This document shows, piece by piece, positions 1-12,840 of a stretch of DNA of 64,000 nt. Under the pieces are notes generated by a model, which did no database searches, was not told the DNA's origin, and saw only the letters and a program-made list of their open reading frames with translations. The DNA is from Lingula anatina (taxonomy: Eukaryota; Animalia; Brachiopoda): NCBI GenBank assembly GCA_051362555.1, contig CM120641.1:11966001-12030000 (forward strand). The letters run 5' to 3'. The translations under genes were made by a program, and so were the position numbers. The number at the start of each line of letters is the position of its first letter. Position 1 is the stretch's first letter.

Positions 1-138
1 GTCAATATAGGGTGAAATTTGCTGGATGGTCAAAACGTCAGGATTCATAGGTAAAACAAGTTTAGTCTTTTTAGAAACGGTTTACTTTTTTACCAACTGC
101 CATCTGGACTGGCCGTTTGCTATGAAAAAGTAAATAAC

Positions 139-1334
139 CTCTATCTCCGTGTCAGATATACCATCCATGGAGATCGGCACATCCAGAAATGCTTCCTCTC
201 TCCAGCAGTACGTATTTTCCCCGCACTGGATCGCCAGATCGTCGCGCACGTTTACTACCAGAACTACAGGGTGCTTTTTTGGACTGCTTGTCAACCGTTG
301 TATTACCAATTTGAGGCCCTGGATTAAAAGTCTCAGAAATGGTATATTGACTACTATTACTCCTACAACAACTTCTACTACAGGGCCTACTACTACTACT
401 ACTACTACTATTATTATTATTATTATGTTAAAAAAATTATTCTTTGTTTTGCCGTTTTGTTTCAAACTTTCCTTTCTTACCCAACTCTAATTTCTTGATA
501 CAAGATTGATGGGTTGCAGGTCAAGCTGATCTTTCTCAAAAATATGTTTTTACCTCTTTATTTGGTTGAGCCATGCCGTAAACAGGAATCTTCTTGATAT
601 CTCTGAAGTTTGACACAGACACGTCCAGTTTAGTGCTCAGGACGTCTAACCCCACGTGGTCATCTGCTACCTGTAGGCACACGAAGATTACTCACATTAA
701 TTTATACAGATACATGGCACGCGGTGTTTCATGATTGTATATGTTATTACGTGGCTGGCTTGTTAGTGATATTGCCTTACTGCCGTGTAAGTGATTTCAC
801 GAGACTGATTTGTATGTGAAATATGGTAATATTACTGCATAAAGTGAAACCCAATAAATTGGCAAACAAGATATTGCACTTACAAATATAAATTATAGTG
901 CAAATCTGTTGAGCTATACTGACATGAATCATAATTTTGCTTGGAATAATTAGCGGAAGAAGCTTTGACATATATCCCTTATCTAAATGAAATGGTCATT
1001 AGGAATTTGTATCTGGTGGGTAAATTTATTATCTTGTAAGAATCGCTGCTTTAGTTTTGCCGTGACAGCGGCTATCCCAGCGGGCAAATTATGTTGTTTT
1101 AACGTTGAAACAACGTTGAACCATAACGTTGAGAAGATATTGAATAAACGTTGGATTTGAAAGTTGTGTCAACCTCAGATAACAACGTTGTATCAACGTC
1201 AGAAAACAATGTTATATCAACCCCACCCAGCAGGAAATTAGCCTGGATGTGTTTAGCAGTAGGACATGTTTGATGGCTAAATATATGTAGGGTATTAATG
1301 TATGACCTTTATGTTAAAATTTCCGAGGTTTAGA

Positions 1335-1379
<45 letters not shown>

Positions 1380-2834
1380 CACTAGGTCACAGTCACCTCA
1401 ACCTGTCTATCTATAACAGGTTACCAAGAACTGTTAACTTTATTAATTCACTCCTCATTTACAGCAATTTATTCATCCTAGTGTTAGCTGACCTTGCAAG
1501 GAATGCAGTTTATTGGAATGTATTTCTGAATAAGAAGTTAAGAAAATTCACTAGTCAACTAAAGACACAAAACAACTGTCATTTTTACTTTAAAACCATT
1601 TTGTTATTATTTTGATAAATTTAGTTACAATATTGATAAACAAAGTATCACGTTTTCAATAATTAATATTTTAAATTACAACTGCAAGGTTGTGTCATTT
1701 ACCAAAATACAACGTTGAGTCAACGTCACATTATGACGGTGTTTCGACGTGGCTGGATCAACGTTGATTTTACGTTGAATTAAGGAAGATCAACGGCAAT
1801 TCAACGTATCAACCTGTTTTCAACGTTGATTCAACGCAACTATGCCTGCTGGGTTGAGACTTGAAAAGAATCGAGAACGTTCATATCAAAGTAGCCTACC
1901 TTGAATGTGTATTCCTCGTTCCATATATATACAGTATAAATGCACACGATTTTGTGTAAATTCTTCACATTGATATTAATCTCACTCTCCCTTGTATCGT
2001 CTAAGTAGACCATCGACAACATGAATCATTATCTCACACTGCCAATGCTCTTCATAGACAATATGAGTCATTATCTCGCAATTCCCAATGCACCTTAACC
2101 GTAAGAAGAAATCAATTCCCAGTGACAATTACCAAACAAGCCTAAACACTAACCAAGTAGCGCGTATTATCTAAGAGTAAACTGGGCTTTGTCGTTCTCT
2201 CAGATATATCTAGTTGTCCAAGAAGCCTGTATAACATGGGGTTGTCACGCATCCATTGGCTGAAACTGGTGTGGAACCTGAAACCATACTAAAACAAAAC
2301 CATAAGACATAGATTTGAGTGTGTCATATAGTCCCTGGAAAAATATAAGTCAAAATATAAGAAAAATAAAAGTCAAAATGAAAAAGTGGACGAAGACGCA
2401 GTGCAAATAAAGAATACTAAATAACATTTTCAAGAACAGCTTAGCACAACCATAACCAGTTTTGGCTACACATATATCATCAAGGTACAGTATGTCCATT
2501 GATTACATAAATAATACTTAACAAATTATATATATGATAAGAAAGCAATTTTCAAATTTTGAATAAAAGGAAAAAGCCAAACGTAAAGGAGGTAAATGAA
2601 TGTTCGATATTTAAAAGCATGCTTCTCAGAGACATTTTTCTTTGTAAGATTATGTCATAATAATAATTATGATTGTGCACCATGTGCGATAGTGTCTGTT
2701 ATTCCAATCCAACCATTAGCTCTTTTCCGTTCATCGTCACTTTTTTGTTTCTTTTTTTATCTTTATTACTCAGATCCAGTTTACTTTAACAGTGAACAGA
2801 TGTAATCATTCATTCTAGTCTATCGCCCTCCGGC

Positions 2835-2880
<46 letters not shown>

Positions 2881-5800
2881 TGGTCATGAAGATATGCGTT
2901 GAAGCATATCAGGTAGAAGTACCGCTCCAGATATCTCTTACAGCGATTGTGGAATCGCAGTCTTGCGCTTTCACCCTGATAGAAAGCAAAAAATGAAACA
3001 TACGAGGAATTTAGTTTCTGTGAGTCAAAGAAAGTCGGTGAAAAGTTGGCGTAAAACGCCACAAACAATAAATGTTGAATTATATCCATTATATCCGTAA
3101 AATTCTAAGCTTATTAACAGATTTTGTCAGTTTATTTTACTTTTTTATATCATGAATAAGAAAAACACTCGTAGGAAAATGCATGTGCATGCGTGCGTGT
3201 GTGTGTGTGTGTGTGTGTGTGACTGAATTCCTCACAGATATCTTACATCGACCGTGTAATCTTCGGTTACATTTTCTAGAGTTTCTCTGGCGTCGTTCAG
3301 CTTGTCGATAAGGTGATGCAGTCTCCCACACATGTTGATCATGGTATCAACCTACTCAGAAAAAAACATCTTATGATACACATCGGTACACGCAAGTAAA
3401 GCTTTTAAAAGCTATTTCGGGACTTTAAGTCGAATTGACGACGCTGAGTATCCCGGTCTACTGATAATATTGGTGGAACAACTGCTAGTCTTGTTATGTT
3501 ATCTTCGCGGCAAATGTGTGACCACCCTGACCCATATTTTACAGGTGGAACCTCCATCCCACCTGTTTATTCTCAGTAGCTCGGATGAATTTAACTCTCA
3601 TCTGATCATTCGGGATTCTACGAGATATGCGTGCGCCTGCGTGGTACTCAATTCTGCGTTCGCTTGTCTTCGTGCTCACACGTGCTCTCGATTATTCATC
3701 GATTTTTTATAATTTACGTGGTTTTTTAAAGACTGGTCATTCTCTTTTGTGAGAGATTGCTTGACAGACAATCTTTTGTACTATTTGACGCTGGTTTTTT
3801 AGCATGTCGTCGGCTCAGACCGGACTGCAAAGCGACTTAGTTGGCGCTATTATTGCTCAGGCTGAGGCAAGCCAGAGTGGCGCAGAGCGGGCTTCAGCAA
3901 AGGATGCTGGCTCAGAAAAATCGACTACCACAACCAAATCTAGTGGTAATAGGGGTAAAAGACTAAGAACCCCGAGCTCTGCTTATAGCAAAAGAGCAAA
4001 GCTGACAAAGGACGTCAGCTTCACGGACGGTGCAGGCTCCCATGGAAAAAACCTAAATTCCAAGGATGCGATTCCTTCGGAAACCTCCGTACACGAGGCA
4101 GATTCGGAGTCACGTGACGACCCGAACAACAAATCTAACAATTCGGCTACACATGATGGCAGCGCCCATGGTCCTAGAAGTAGCCGGAGCTCACGCTCGC
4201 ATGGAAACTACTCCAAGTCATTCAGTGACCATTCAGTGAGCTCTCGTGAGGTACAAAAAGATATGAACGACATGAAGGAGCAATTGTGTAATATTCAACA
4301 GATGCTAGCGTCTCTTACTCCTGTCGTATCGGAACTTAAACGTGCGTACGATGCTAGTATAAATAGCGACCAGGATGGTGAGCCCCCAGAGAAGAGACAG
4401 AGGCTTATTTTGTCAGATGATGAGGAATCCCTGTGTGAGGAATCTTACTTTCGTTCTACTCCTGCCAATGATGATAGTAATGCTGACAGTGATAGCAGTG
4501 ACAGTCCTGCTAAGGAAAAACCCTCAGAAAATCAGGTCAGTCAGCCTCAGGGCTTACAATGTTTGAAAAACATTTTGGCTGCAGTGACTAATGATGAAGT
4601 TAGAGGCCCGAAAGTTCATGATGATGTTGCTAAAATCATGAACACTGTTTTGTACAAGGGTATGCCTAAGGAAGTTCTGGAGGATATGGTGAAACTTTAT
4701 CACCCACCTGAGAACTGTACCTACATGACTCAGATCAAATGTAACCAGAGACTGTGGGGAACACTGAGACCTTTAACCAAATATAATGACAAGATAATGC
4801 AAAACTGGCAAACCAACATATTCCATGGACTTACACCCTTCCTGGAGATAGCTGATGCTTGTTCTAAACACCTTGAAGGAGAAGGAGATGTGCCTTCTCC
4901 TGAAACATTGCTAGCAAAGATGACAGACGGATTCAGCATCCTTGCTGCAGTTGTACATGACATTTCTATGTTTCGCAGAGAACTCGCCAAACCAGACATT
5001 AATGAGAAATACAAAGCTTTGGCTTCCCCACAGAATCCTGTCACCAAGGAGCTGTTTGGTGACAATTTGGATGCAAATATGAAGGATATTGAAGAAGGCC
5101 TAAAAATCTCTAACAAGGTTCAGAAGAAAATAGCACGCCCTAGACCCACAAATATCTTCTCCAAACCCAGGGGATTTCCTACAAGGGCAACAGCTCGCTA
5201 TGACAACAAAAAAGCTGGTTCTTTTTTAGGAGGGAAGAACCAGAGAAGTCAACAGAACAACAGGAAAAACTGGACAGGGAAAAAGTTCCAGAAGAAAGAG
5301 TATTAGGAAATACTCATGTAAGTCAACCTTTTGTTGCTGGTAATATAAAACAGTCTCTTCTTGAATGGCAGAAGTTGACTTCAGATCCAGTGATACTCTC
5401 TTATGTTGTAGGGGTCAAGTTAGACTTTACAGAACAACCTGTACAAGATTTTGAGCCTAACAGCTTAAACTTTAGTTCAGCAGAACAGCTTATTGTGGAT
5501 TCAGAAATTAAAAAATTGCTTGACAAAGGTGTCATCATATCCTCTAATGAGGAACCAGGACAGTTTGTTTCTCCCATTTTTCTCAGGCCAAAAAAGGATG
5601 GCACCCATAGGATGATTCTTAACTTGAGAAAATTGAACTCTTGTATAAAATACCATCATTTTAAAATGGACACGGTGCAAACTTGTCTAAATCTTATGAC
5701 TCCAAATTGTTACTTAGCTTCACTGGATCTGAAGCATGCTTACTACTCTGTCCCTGTAGCTCCAGAATTTCAGAAATACCTTAAATTTAGATGGAAAGGC

Positions 5801-8800
5801 AGTCTTTTTTCATATGTTGCACTTCCAAATGGACTGGCCTCTGCACCCAGAATCTGGACTAAGCTTCTTAAACCAGTTTTGGCACAATTAAGGTCAAAAG
5901 CATACATTTCCAGCATTTACTTGGATGACCTTTATTTACAAGGTGAAACTAAGGAAGCTTGTGAGGAGAATGTTAGAGAAACTGTGCAATTACTATCGAA
6001 ATTGGGTTTTGTTATTCATGAACAAAAGTCCACACTAGTTCCTGTTCAAATTATGGACCACTTGGGCTTTACCTTGAACTCTAGGTCAATGACAGTTATG
6101 CTCACTTCAGAGAGAAGGGCTAACATTGTTTCAAAATTAATGGACAGAATGAAAAAGCCTAAATGCACAATTAGGCAAGGTGCACAGTTGATAGGTTCCC
6201 TAGTTTCAGCTTTACCTGGGGTACAATATGGGGAACTACACTACAGGTCCCTGGAAATGGATAAAATTCTAGCCCTTAAGAAAAACAGGGGTAATTTTGA
6301 TGCACATATGATTTTTAGTAACAAGGCAATCACAGACATAGTATGGTGGATAGATAACATCAACTTGGCAAAAAATCTAAGACGCTCCAATCCTGACTGT
6401 ATTATTCAGACAGATGCATCAAAAATGGGATGGGGTGCAGTGTTACAAGAGTCCACAACAGGGGGTAGATGGCAGAAATGTGAAATGACTAAACATATCA
6501 ATTTTTTGGAACTTAGGGCGGCCCAGCTTGGGTTACGGTCTTTTCAAAAGGACATTTGTGGAAAACATGTACAGTTACAGATGGATAATACTACTGCTGT
6601 TGCATACATAAGAAATATGGGAGGCACCCATTCTAGTGAATGTAATGAGATCACCCTTTCTATCTGGAAGTGGGCAATTAAACACAACATTTGGCTCTCA
6701 GCAACTCACATCCCAGGTGTCCTTAATGTTGTGGCAGACAAACATAGCAGATATTTTAATGATAGGACAGAATGGTCTTTATCCCCCTCTATTTTTGAGC
6801 ATTTAGCTGCATTCCTTGGGAGACCTTCTGTTGACCTGTTTGCCTCCAGGTTGAATCATAAGACAGAACTTTATTATGCCTGGAAACCAGACCCCCATGC
6901 ACTTGCAATAGATGCTTTTCAGCAGTCTTGGTCTGTAAACTTAAACTATGCATTTCCTCCTTTCAGTATGCTGAATCAGGTCCTTCAGAAGCTGCAGACA
7001 GACCAGGCCGACATCTTGCTGATAGCTCCACTGTGGGCCACACAGCCATGGTTCCCAGTCCTCCTTCAGATGCTCTACAGAGAACCAGTGCTGTTGCCGC
7101 CAACACACAAAATCCTGAGCCTTCCGCACAAAAAAGGGGAGGTGCACCCACTGTCAGACAAGATGAGGCTGATGGCATGTTTGTTATCGGGAAAAGCTTA
7201 CAAGAAAAGGGTATTTCAGGCAAAACTCAAGACATTATTATGCAATCTTGGCGGACTGGCACACGAAAACAGTACAACACCTACATCAAAAAATGGATTA
7301 ATTACTGCACTAAACTCAATTATGATCCCTTTCAGCCAAGTGTGCCACAAATATTAGGATTTCTCACTGAACTGTTTGAAGCTGGTCTTAATTACAGTGC
7401 CATTTGCACTGCAAGATCTGCTTTATCAGCTTTTGTGCAACTGAAAGATTCCTCAACACTTTGATCTAACCAGCTCATCAAGCGTTTCATCAAAGGTGTA
7501 TTTCACAGCAGACCTTCTTTTCCCAGATACCAAACCACATGGGATACAAATATTGTATTAGCATACCTAGAGAAATTATCACCAGTTTCAGAACTTTCAG
7601 ACAAAGATCTAACACTCAAACTAGTTATGCTGGTGGCACTGATATCAGGACAAAGATGTCAATCAATTCATCTCATGAACCTTAAAACAGTGTTAAAAAC
7701 TGACACAGGAGTGGCTTTTTTAATTGATGCATTAGTTAAACAGTCTAGGCCAACAAAAGATCAGCCAATCATAAACTTACCTGGTTTCCCAGAGAACAGC
7801 AGACTCTGTGTGTTGAATGTGTTACATGAATATTTAATTAGAACTAGCAAATATAGAAGTAGTGGTGTTTCACAACTTTTTCTTAGTTACAACAGACCTT
7901 TTAATCCTGTAAAAAAGGATACGATTGCTAGATGGATAAAAACAGTCATGTTAAAGGCTGGAGTGGATACAAGTGTGTTTAAAGCACATAGCACACGTGC
8001 AGCTTCTACTAGTAAAGCTTTTGCTGCCAATATTCCACTCAGTACCATTTTACGTACAGCTGGTTGGAGTAACAACAATACCTTTTCTAGGTTTTATAAC
8101 AAACCAACAGTATCACAGAATACTAGTTTTGCTTTTTCAGTGCTTGAAAAACTGTGATTATGATTCATGAGAATATTGTTTGAGTTGCATTAAAAAAAAA
8201 AAAAAAAAAAAAACTTGTTTCAACAGTTCTTTGTTCGTGTTCACGACAGCTTTGAAATCTCGTAGAATCCCGAATGATCAGATGAGAGTTAAATTTAAAG
8301 ATTAAACGAGACTTACCTGTAAGTTGAAGTTTGATTGGAATTTAACTCTCATCTGGATCATTTGAGGGATTATACGCCCACCCTTATTTTCAGTTAACAC
8401 CCACCCTTCTTCCTTTGTTGCCGTGAACACTCAACTTTAAAGATTGAGTACCACGCAGGCGCACGCATATCTCGTATAATCCCTCAAATGATCCAGATGA
8501 GAGTTAAATTCCAATCAAACTTCAACTTACAGGTAAGTCTCGTTTAATCTTTAAAGTTTCCGAGTGGGAGGCGGAACGTCATTAGTTAGACTAAATTAAT
8601 AAGTCCAGTAATAGCTTAAAAAAAGCTTTTACCTGTGTAACATACGACTGGGTGACGTATCTTCACAGGCCAAGGGATTTAGAGGATTTTTAGGTCGTGT
8701 TCACAATCAAAGCTTTCAATTAAAATACGTAAGTGTTGCAAATATAAAATGTTTGGGGACAGGTGAATAAGCACCATATTGTTAATGATTTTTTTTTCAA

Positions 8801-9597
8801 CTTAAACTGTAACCTGCTAAAATGGAGCGATAGTTGACAGCATAGTATCAGTAAAAAGTACAAAGTTAGGGCCTATACCCGGTTTTTTATGGTTTTGGAG
8901 AGCTAAGATTAATTTTTGTGCAAAAAAGTCTCTTAAAGTCGATTATTCATCATTTAGAGTTCCACAGAACGACCCAAAACAGGAATACACCTGTAAAATA
9001 AAAGAATGATTATACTCGCCTCTATTTTATAGTTTCTTCCATTTGGAAAGTAATGCACCAACTCCTCAATGACCGCATAATGCCAACGCGAGCGTTTGGA
9101 GGGCTCGGGCACCGAATGCGAAACTCTGAAAAAACGTTAACGGTTCCAAAAGAAGTTGGAGTTGGAAAGGAAGTACTTTCTTATTCTCATTGATTAGTAT
9201 TTTTTAAAACAGGGTATTTTTAAAAGCAGAGAATGACGATTATCGAACGAAGTGCTCTTACTCCCGGAACTGTCACTGAAATCCTTCTTTTCTTTTCTAT
9301 TATTCTTTGAAACTTGTGAAACTACTACAAATTCTTTAAAACCTTTAAAACTCCAACAACTGTATGGGGAGATGAAACACTCAAAATAAATAAATAAATA
9401 AATAAATAAAACTCACAATATTGTCCGAAAGCCATGTTCATGCGCCAGAAGAAGGCAGCCTATCACGGATCCCAATGTCGACCGCGAAACTCCCGTGTGA
9501 TCCGCAAACACCAACGCCCTTGGACGCTTGGCCCCTTGCCCATGTATCGCGTCCTTAGTGGTACCATACAAGAATGGGTTGGGTTATATTCAAAGTG

Positions 9598-9650
<53 letters not shown>

Positions 9651-12600
9651 TCGAAGTGGATAGTCCAAATATTCCTTGTAAACCGCTTCATATACATAAA
9701 ACGTTCTTGTGTAAAATGCGTGTATTCGCCTTACACCAGTTACATAGCGCGTCAAAAAGGTGACTGTCACAACCTAATTTTATTAGGACTAAGCAGAGAT
9801 TTGTATTTTCCATAAATCAAGTAATCTTATATGCTGTCATGATGAGTGTCACCAGTAAGATGTCCTGATGTTTTGTGTGTGCTGTTTGCTAAGTTCGAGC
9901 GTTATTGCAAAATAATTAAGTAGCATCCCTGAACGTGTACACAAAATACAATCGCTGGTCAACCCATTATCCTGCGTTCTTTAAAGACAGCAAAAAGGAA
10001 ATAACTACCATATCACAGGTCTTACCTTATACAGTTTGAGTATTGAGTCAAAATCCGCTTCAGACGGGGCACCCTCGGGGGGAAAACAAAGTCGTCCATA
10101 TCTAAAAAACAAATATCTGCTATCAACTAACTGATGTATTCCTTTGTATTACAAAAAACTGTTTGCTTCTGTACCATACAGACAATAATGTCTTAAAAAG
10201 AGGAAAATCACATATATTTTCAGTATATTAAAATAAAGCTATTTATCCCACAGATTATGCAGGCCATATGCTAACAGTGCATTCAGAACAACTTGATCCA
10301 CGGACTAACAGATCCGCGGACTAAATATAGCCGACCCACTTAAAAGCAGCGCCGGCTTATCTCCTGATGGCCTCCCCGCCTCCATTCGCGCCGACGCTGC
10401 AGGGGTCTTGCAATTAAACCTCGGAGATTTAACCCGTTTAGTGGCGCGTTTGGCGGCGAGGAGTCCATCAGGGGGTTTAATCACTTGCTTTTAATTGGGC
10501 TCGGTCATATTTAATCGACAGATCAGTTAGTCCACGGGTCATCTGATTTGAATGTGCACATTTAGGAATCGTGTTAAGCCCACTGCTTATTACAAAGTAT
10601 ATAGGTCTTCTCATACTGTTATTATCCAACATTTGAGTGCAATGATGACAAACGTCGCGTCCATAATGGCTCAAGTTAAACAGAAAACAATATTCAAGCA
10701 AACAAAACACAAAAGCCATATATCACGCATCAATTCTTACACGTACGGAAGCATACACACACGCGCGCGCGCGCGCACGCACGCATGCACGCACGCACAC
10801 TAGGTAAACAGGCACGCCAACAGAAACAAACACACCCACGACACTACTTACATATGGGCTGCACTCGCACCCGTTAAAACAAGGCCTTGCATTCATGCGC
10901 ACATACCAGTGGGTCTACAAACACTCAAACATACACGAACAGACACACCTGATCAGCGGGTTGTAAAAGGTAAGTCTTGAGTAGACCTCCTCGCTGGATG
11001 TAATGAAGTCCTCGTGGGACACGCAGAGCATCTGGGGTTTACACGTTAAGTTCTTCAAATCAGTGTAGAAAAAGAAGCATCCATCGTCTCTCAAACTTCC
11101 CAATTCTATGATCTGAAAGAGGAAAATATGATAAATTTACATCTCAGTTATAATAATAATAAATATACTTTTTGGTATATTTTTGGTAAAATTAATGGTT
11201 AGGAAAAATGTTATTATGTTTAAAATACAAATTGTGTAATTTCAATGTATACCTAAAACAAATATGTTCTTAAAATCGTTTATCAAACATGAACAGCAGT
11301 ACAACTTTTCCTGATAATCAACCTCTTTTCTTATATCTGCTTCTAAGTCCGCCATTGTCTCAGGAGTGTGACATTCATGCTCAATGTCCTCGTGCGGATT
11401 GTCAATATGTCGAAGCGAAAACGGTATACTGTTCTTTTTAACATTATCTTGCACAAAAAAGACTGGGTCTTCCCGCAAACAAAAGAAAAGGACCTGGGAA
11501 TGGATAAATAAAATTACTACAAGTTACTCTCGATAAAAATTACATTTTTATCATAAAATTTCATTTTTATCATAAAATTACAATTACATGTAGATGTAAC
11601 AAGCAGGTTTTATGACAAAGTTATATTTCAAAAGAAAACTTATGGTTTTCTATTCTTCTTACACTAAGCGGTTTCTATGTAACACTGAGGTGCACGATTC
11701 GTGCTGATTTAAAGGAAAATGTTACCTTTACCATTTTCATATTGCTCCGAGTAATTAATGTCACTACCATGGTTAGACAAATTGCTTTTAGAAAACGTCG
11801 TTTAGGTTTTTTTTTTATGGACCATATTTATTTGTACATTTGTAGATGTTAAAATTATTAAAATAACAAAAATTGTGCCATCTCGTTATATCAAACAAAA
11901 CAACGTCTACGACTTTTGATTAAGCCTTGCGATCCAGATACATGACCGAGAAGACAGAAAAAAATCATCAAAGAGAGGGCTAATTTCCTATTTTTGTTGA
12001 TGAAATATGAAATGCAACTTTAAAAAATCTCGAGACATTCCTTAGAAGCCCCTTTTAATAACTGTCACAAACACAATAAATAAGATTGAATTTAGGCCTA
12101 TAGGTGATGTGGTGACCGAAAATGGCATTTCTACCCCAATACGAGTCTATTATGTAACCCGAAGAAAACAATATTTATAGCATTTTATCTCCGTAGTCTG
12201 TCAAATGAGTTAAGTCCTTTGTGCCAGATGACAGTAATGTTGTAAATTGGCAGGTGCTCCCACCTCTTCCCTGGAACTAAGACGATTAACATCGACGCTA
12301 GTTTTCCATTACACTGAACCATAATCATTGTTACATATTGGTTTCAGAGACCCTTATGCAATACCAGAATTAAGTTAACACCAACATATTGTATATCTTA
12401 TTGCATGTCAGTGTTGGATTAAGCTTCATTAACAGGAAACTACCGGCAAATGTTATTGGGAAATATCCAGACGACGAGGAACCAAAAGCTTTATTTACAT
12501 ACAGTATTACAGGTTATATATATAAAAGTTGAAAAAGTCACATTATGAAACCTACTTGTATGTTTCCTGACACATCTGAAACGGTAATGAATAATATGAT

Positions 12601-12742
12601 ATAGTAGATTTTTTCAAAATGTGACTTATTTCCACTTTTACACACACGCGCGCGCGCGCGCACACACACACACACACTCACACACACTCTATCTATCTAT
12701 CTATCTATCTATCTATATCTATCTATCTATCTATCTATCTAT

Positions 12743-12840
<98 letters not shown>

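Larger units (their letters stand above)
3590..8555 (+). mobile_element. Full-length DIRS1-type tyrosine-recombinase retrotransposon
   Basis: ORF order gag, RT/RNaseH/methyltransferase-like, tyrosine recombinase. Left ITR ~3590-3652 and imperfect right ITR 8443-8510, with a right extension to 8555. Internal complementary region 8257-8376 matches both termini. No classical TSD. Confidence 0.96.
3393..8635. mobile_element. Old ~280-bp TIR element split by the DIRS insertion
   Basis: 3393-3425 (caagtaaagcttttaaaagctatttcgggactt) is an imperfect inverted repeat of 8601-8635 (reverse complement caggtaaaagctttttttaagctattactggactt). Confidence 0.55.

Noticed and set aside
149-490. 113-aa + strand ORF and the many other 60-150 aa ORFs in the track
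   Set aside because: They are antisense shadows of real exons, microsatellite translations (poly-K, HT, YI, CV runs) or chance ORFs with non-ATG starts.
1095-1220. CRISPR-like repeated AACGTT units
   Set aside because: The units are short and irregular, with no unique spacers or cas genes. They are transposon subterminal repeats in a eukaryotic intron.
4730-5116. Antisense ORFs within the DIRS element
   Set aside because: They are short, motif-free and explained as the complement of long sense ORFs.
7462-7464. TGA as selenocysteine or programmed readthrough in the recombinase
   Set aside because: The position fits Gly rather than Cys, no SECIS was recognised, and a single GGA-to-TGA change is simpler.
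8631-8700. Minus-strand CAG|GTAAAA as a paladin donor
   Set aside because: There is an in-frame stop just upstream in the required phase, and the motif is the end of the older TIR element.
8879-8990. Candidate paladin exon with a good acceptor and phase-compatible length (112 nt)
   Set aside because: It has four in-frame stops. The exon at 9125-9020 with a GC donor supplies the expected paladin sequence.
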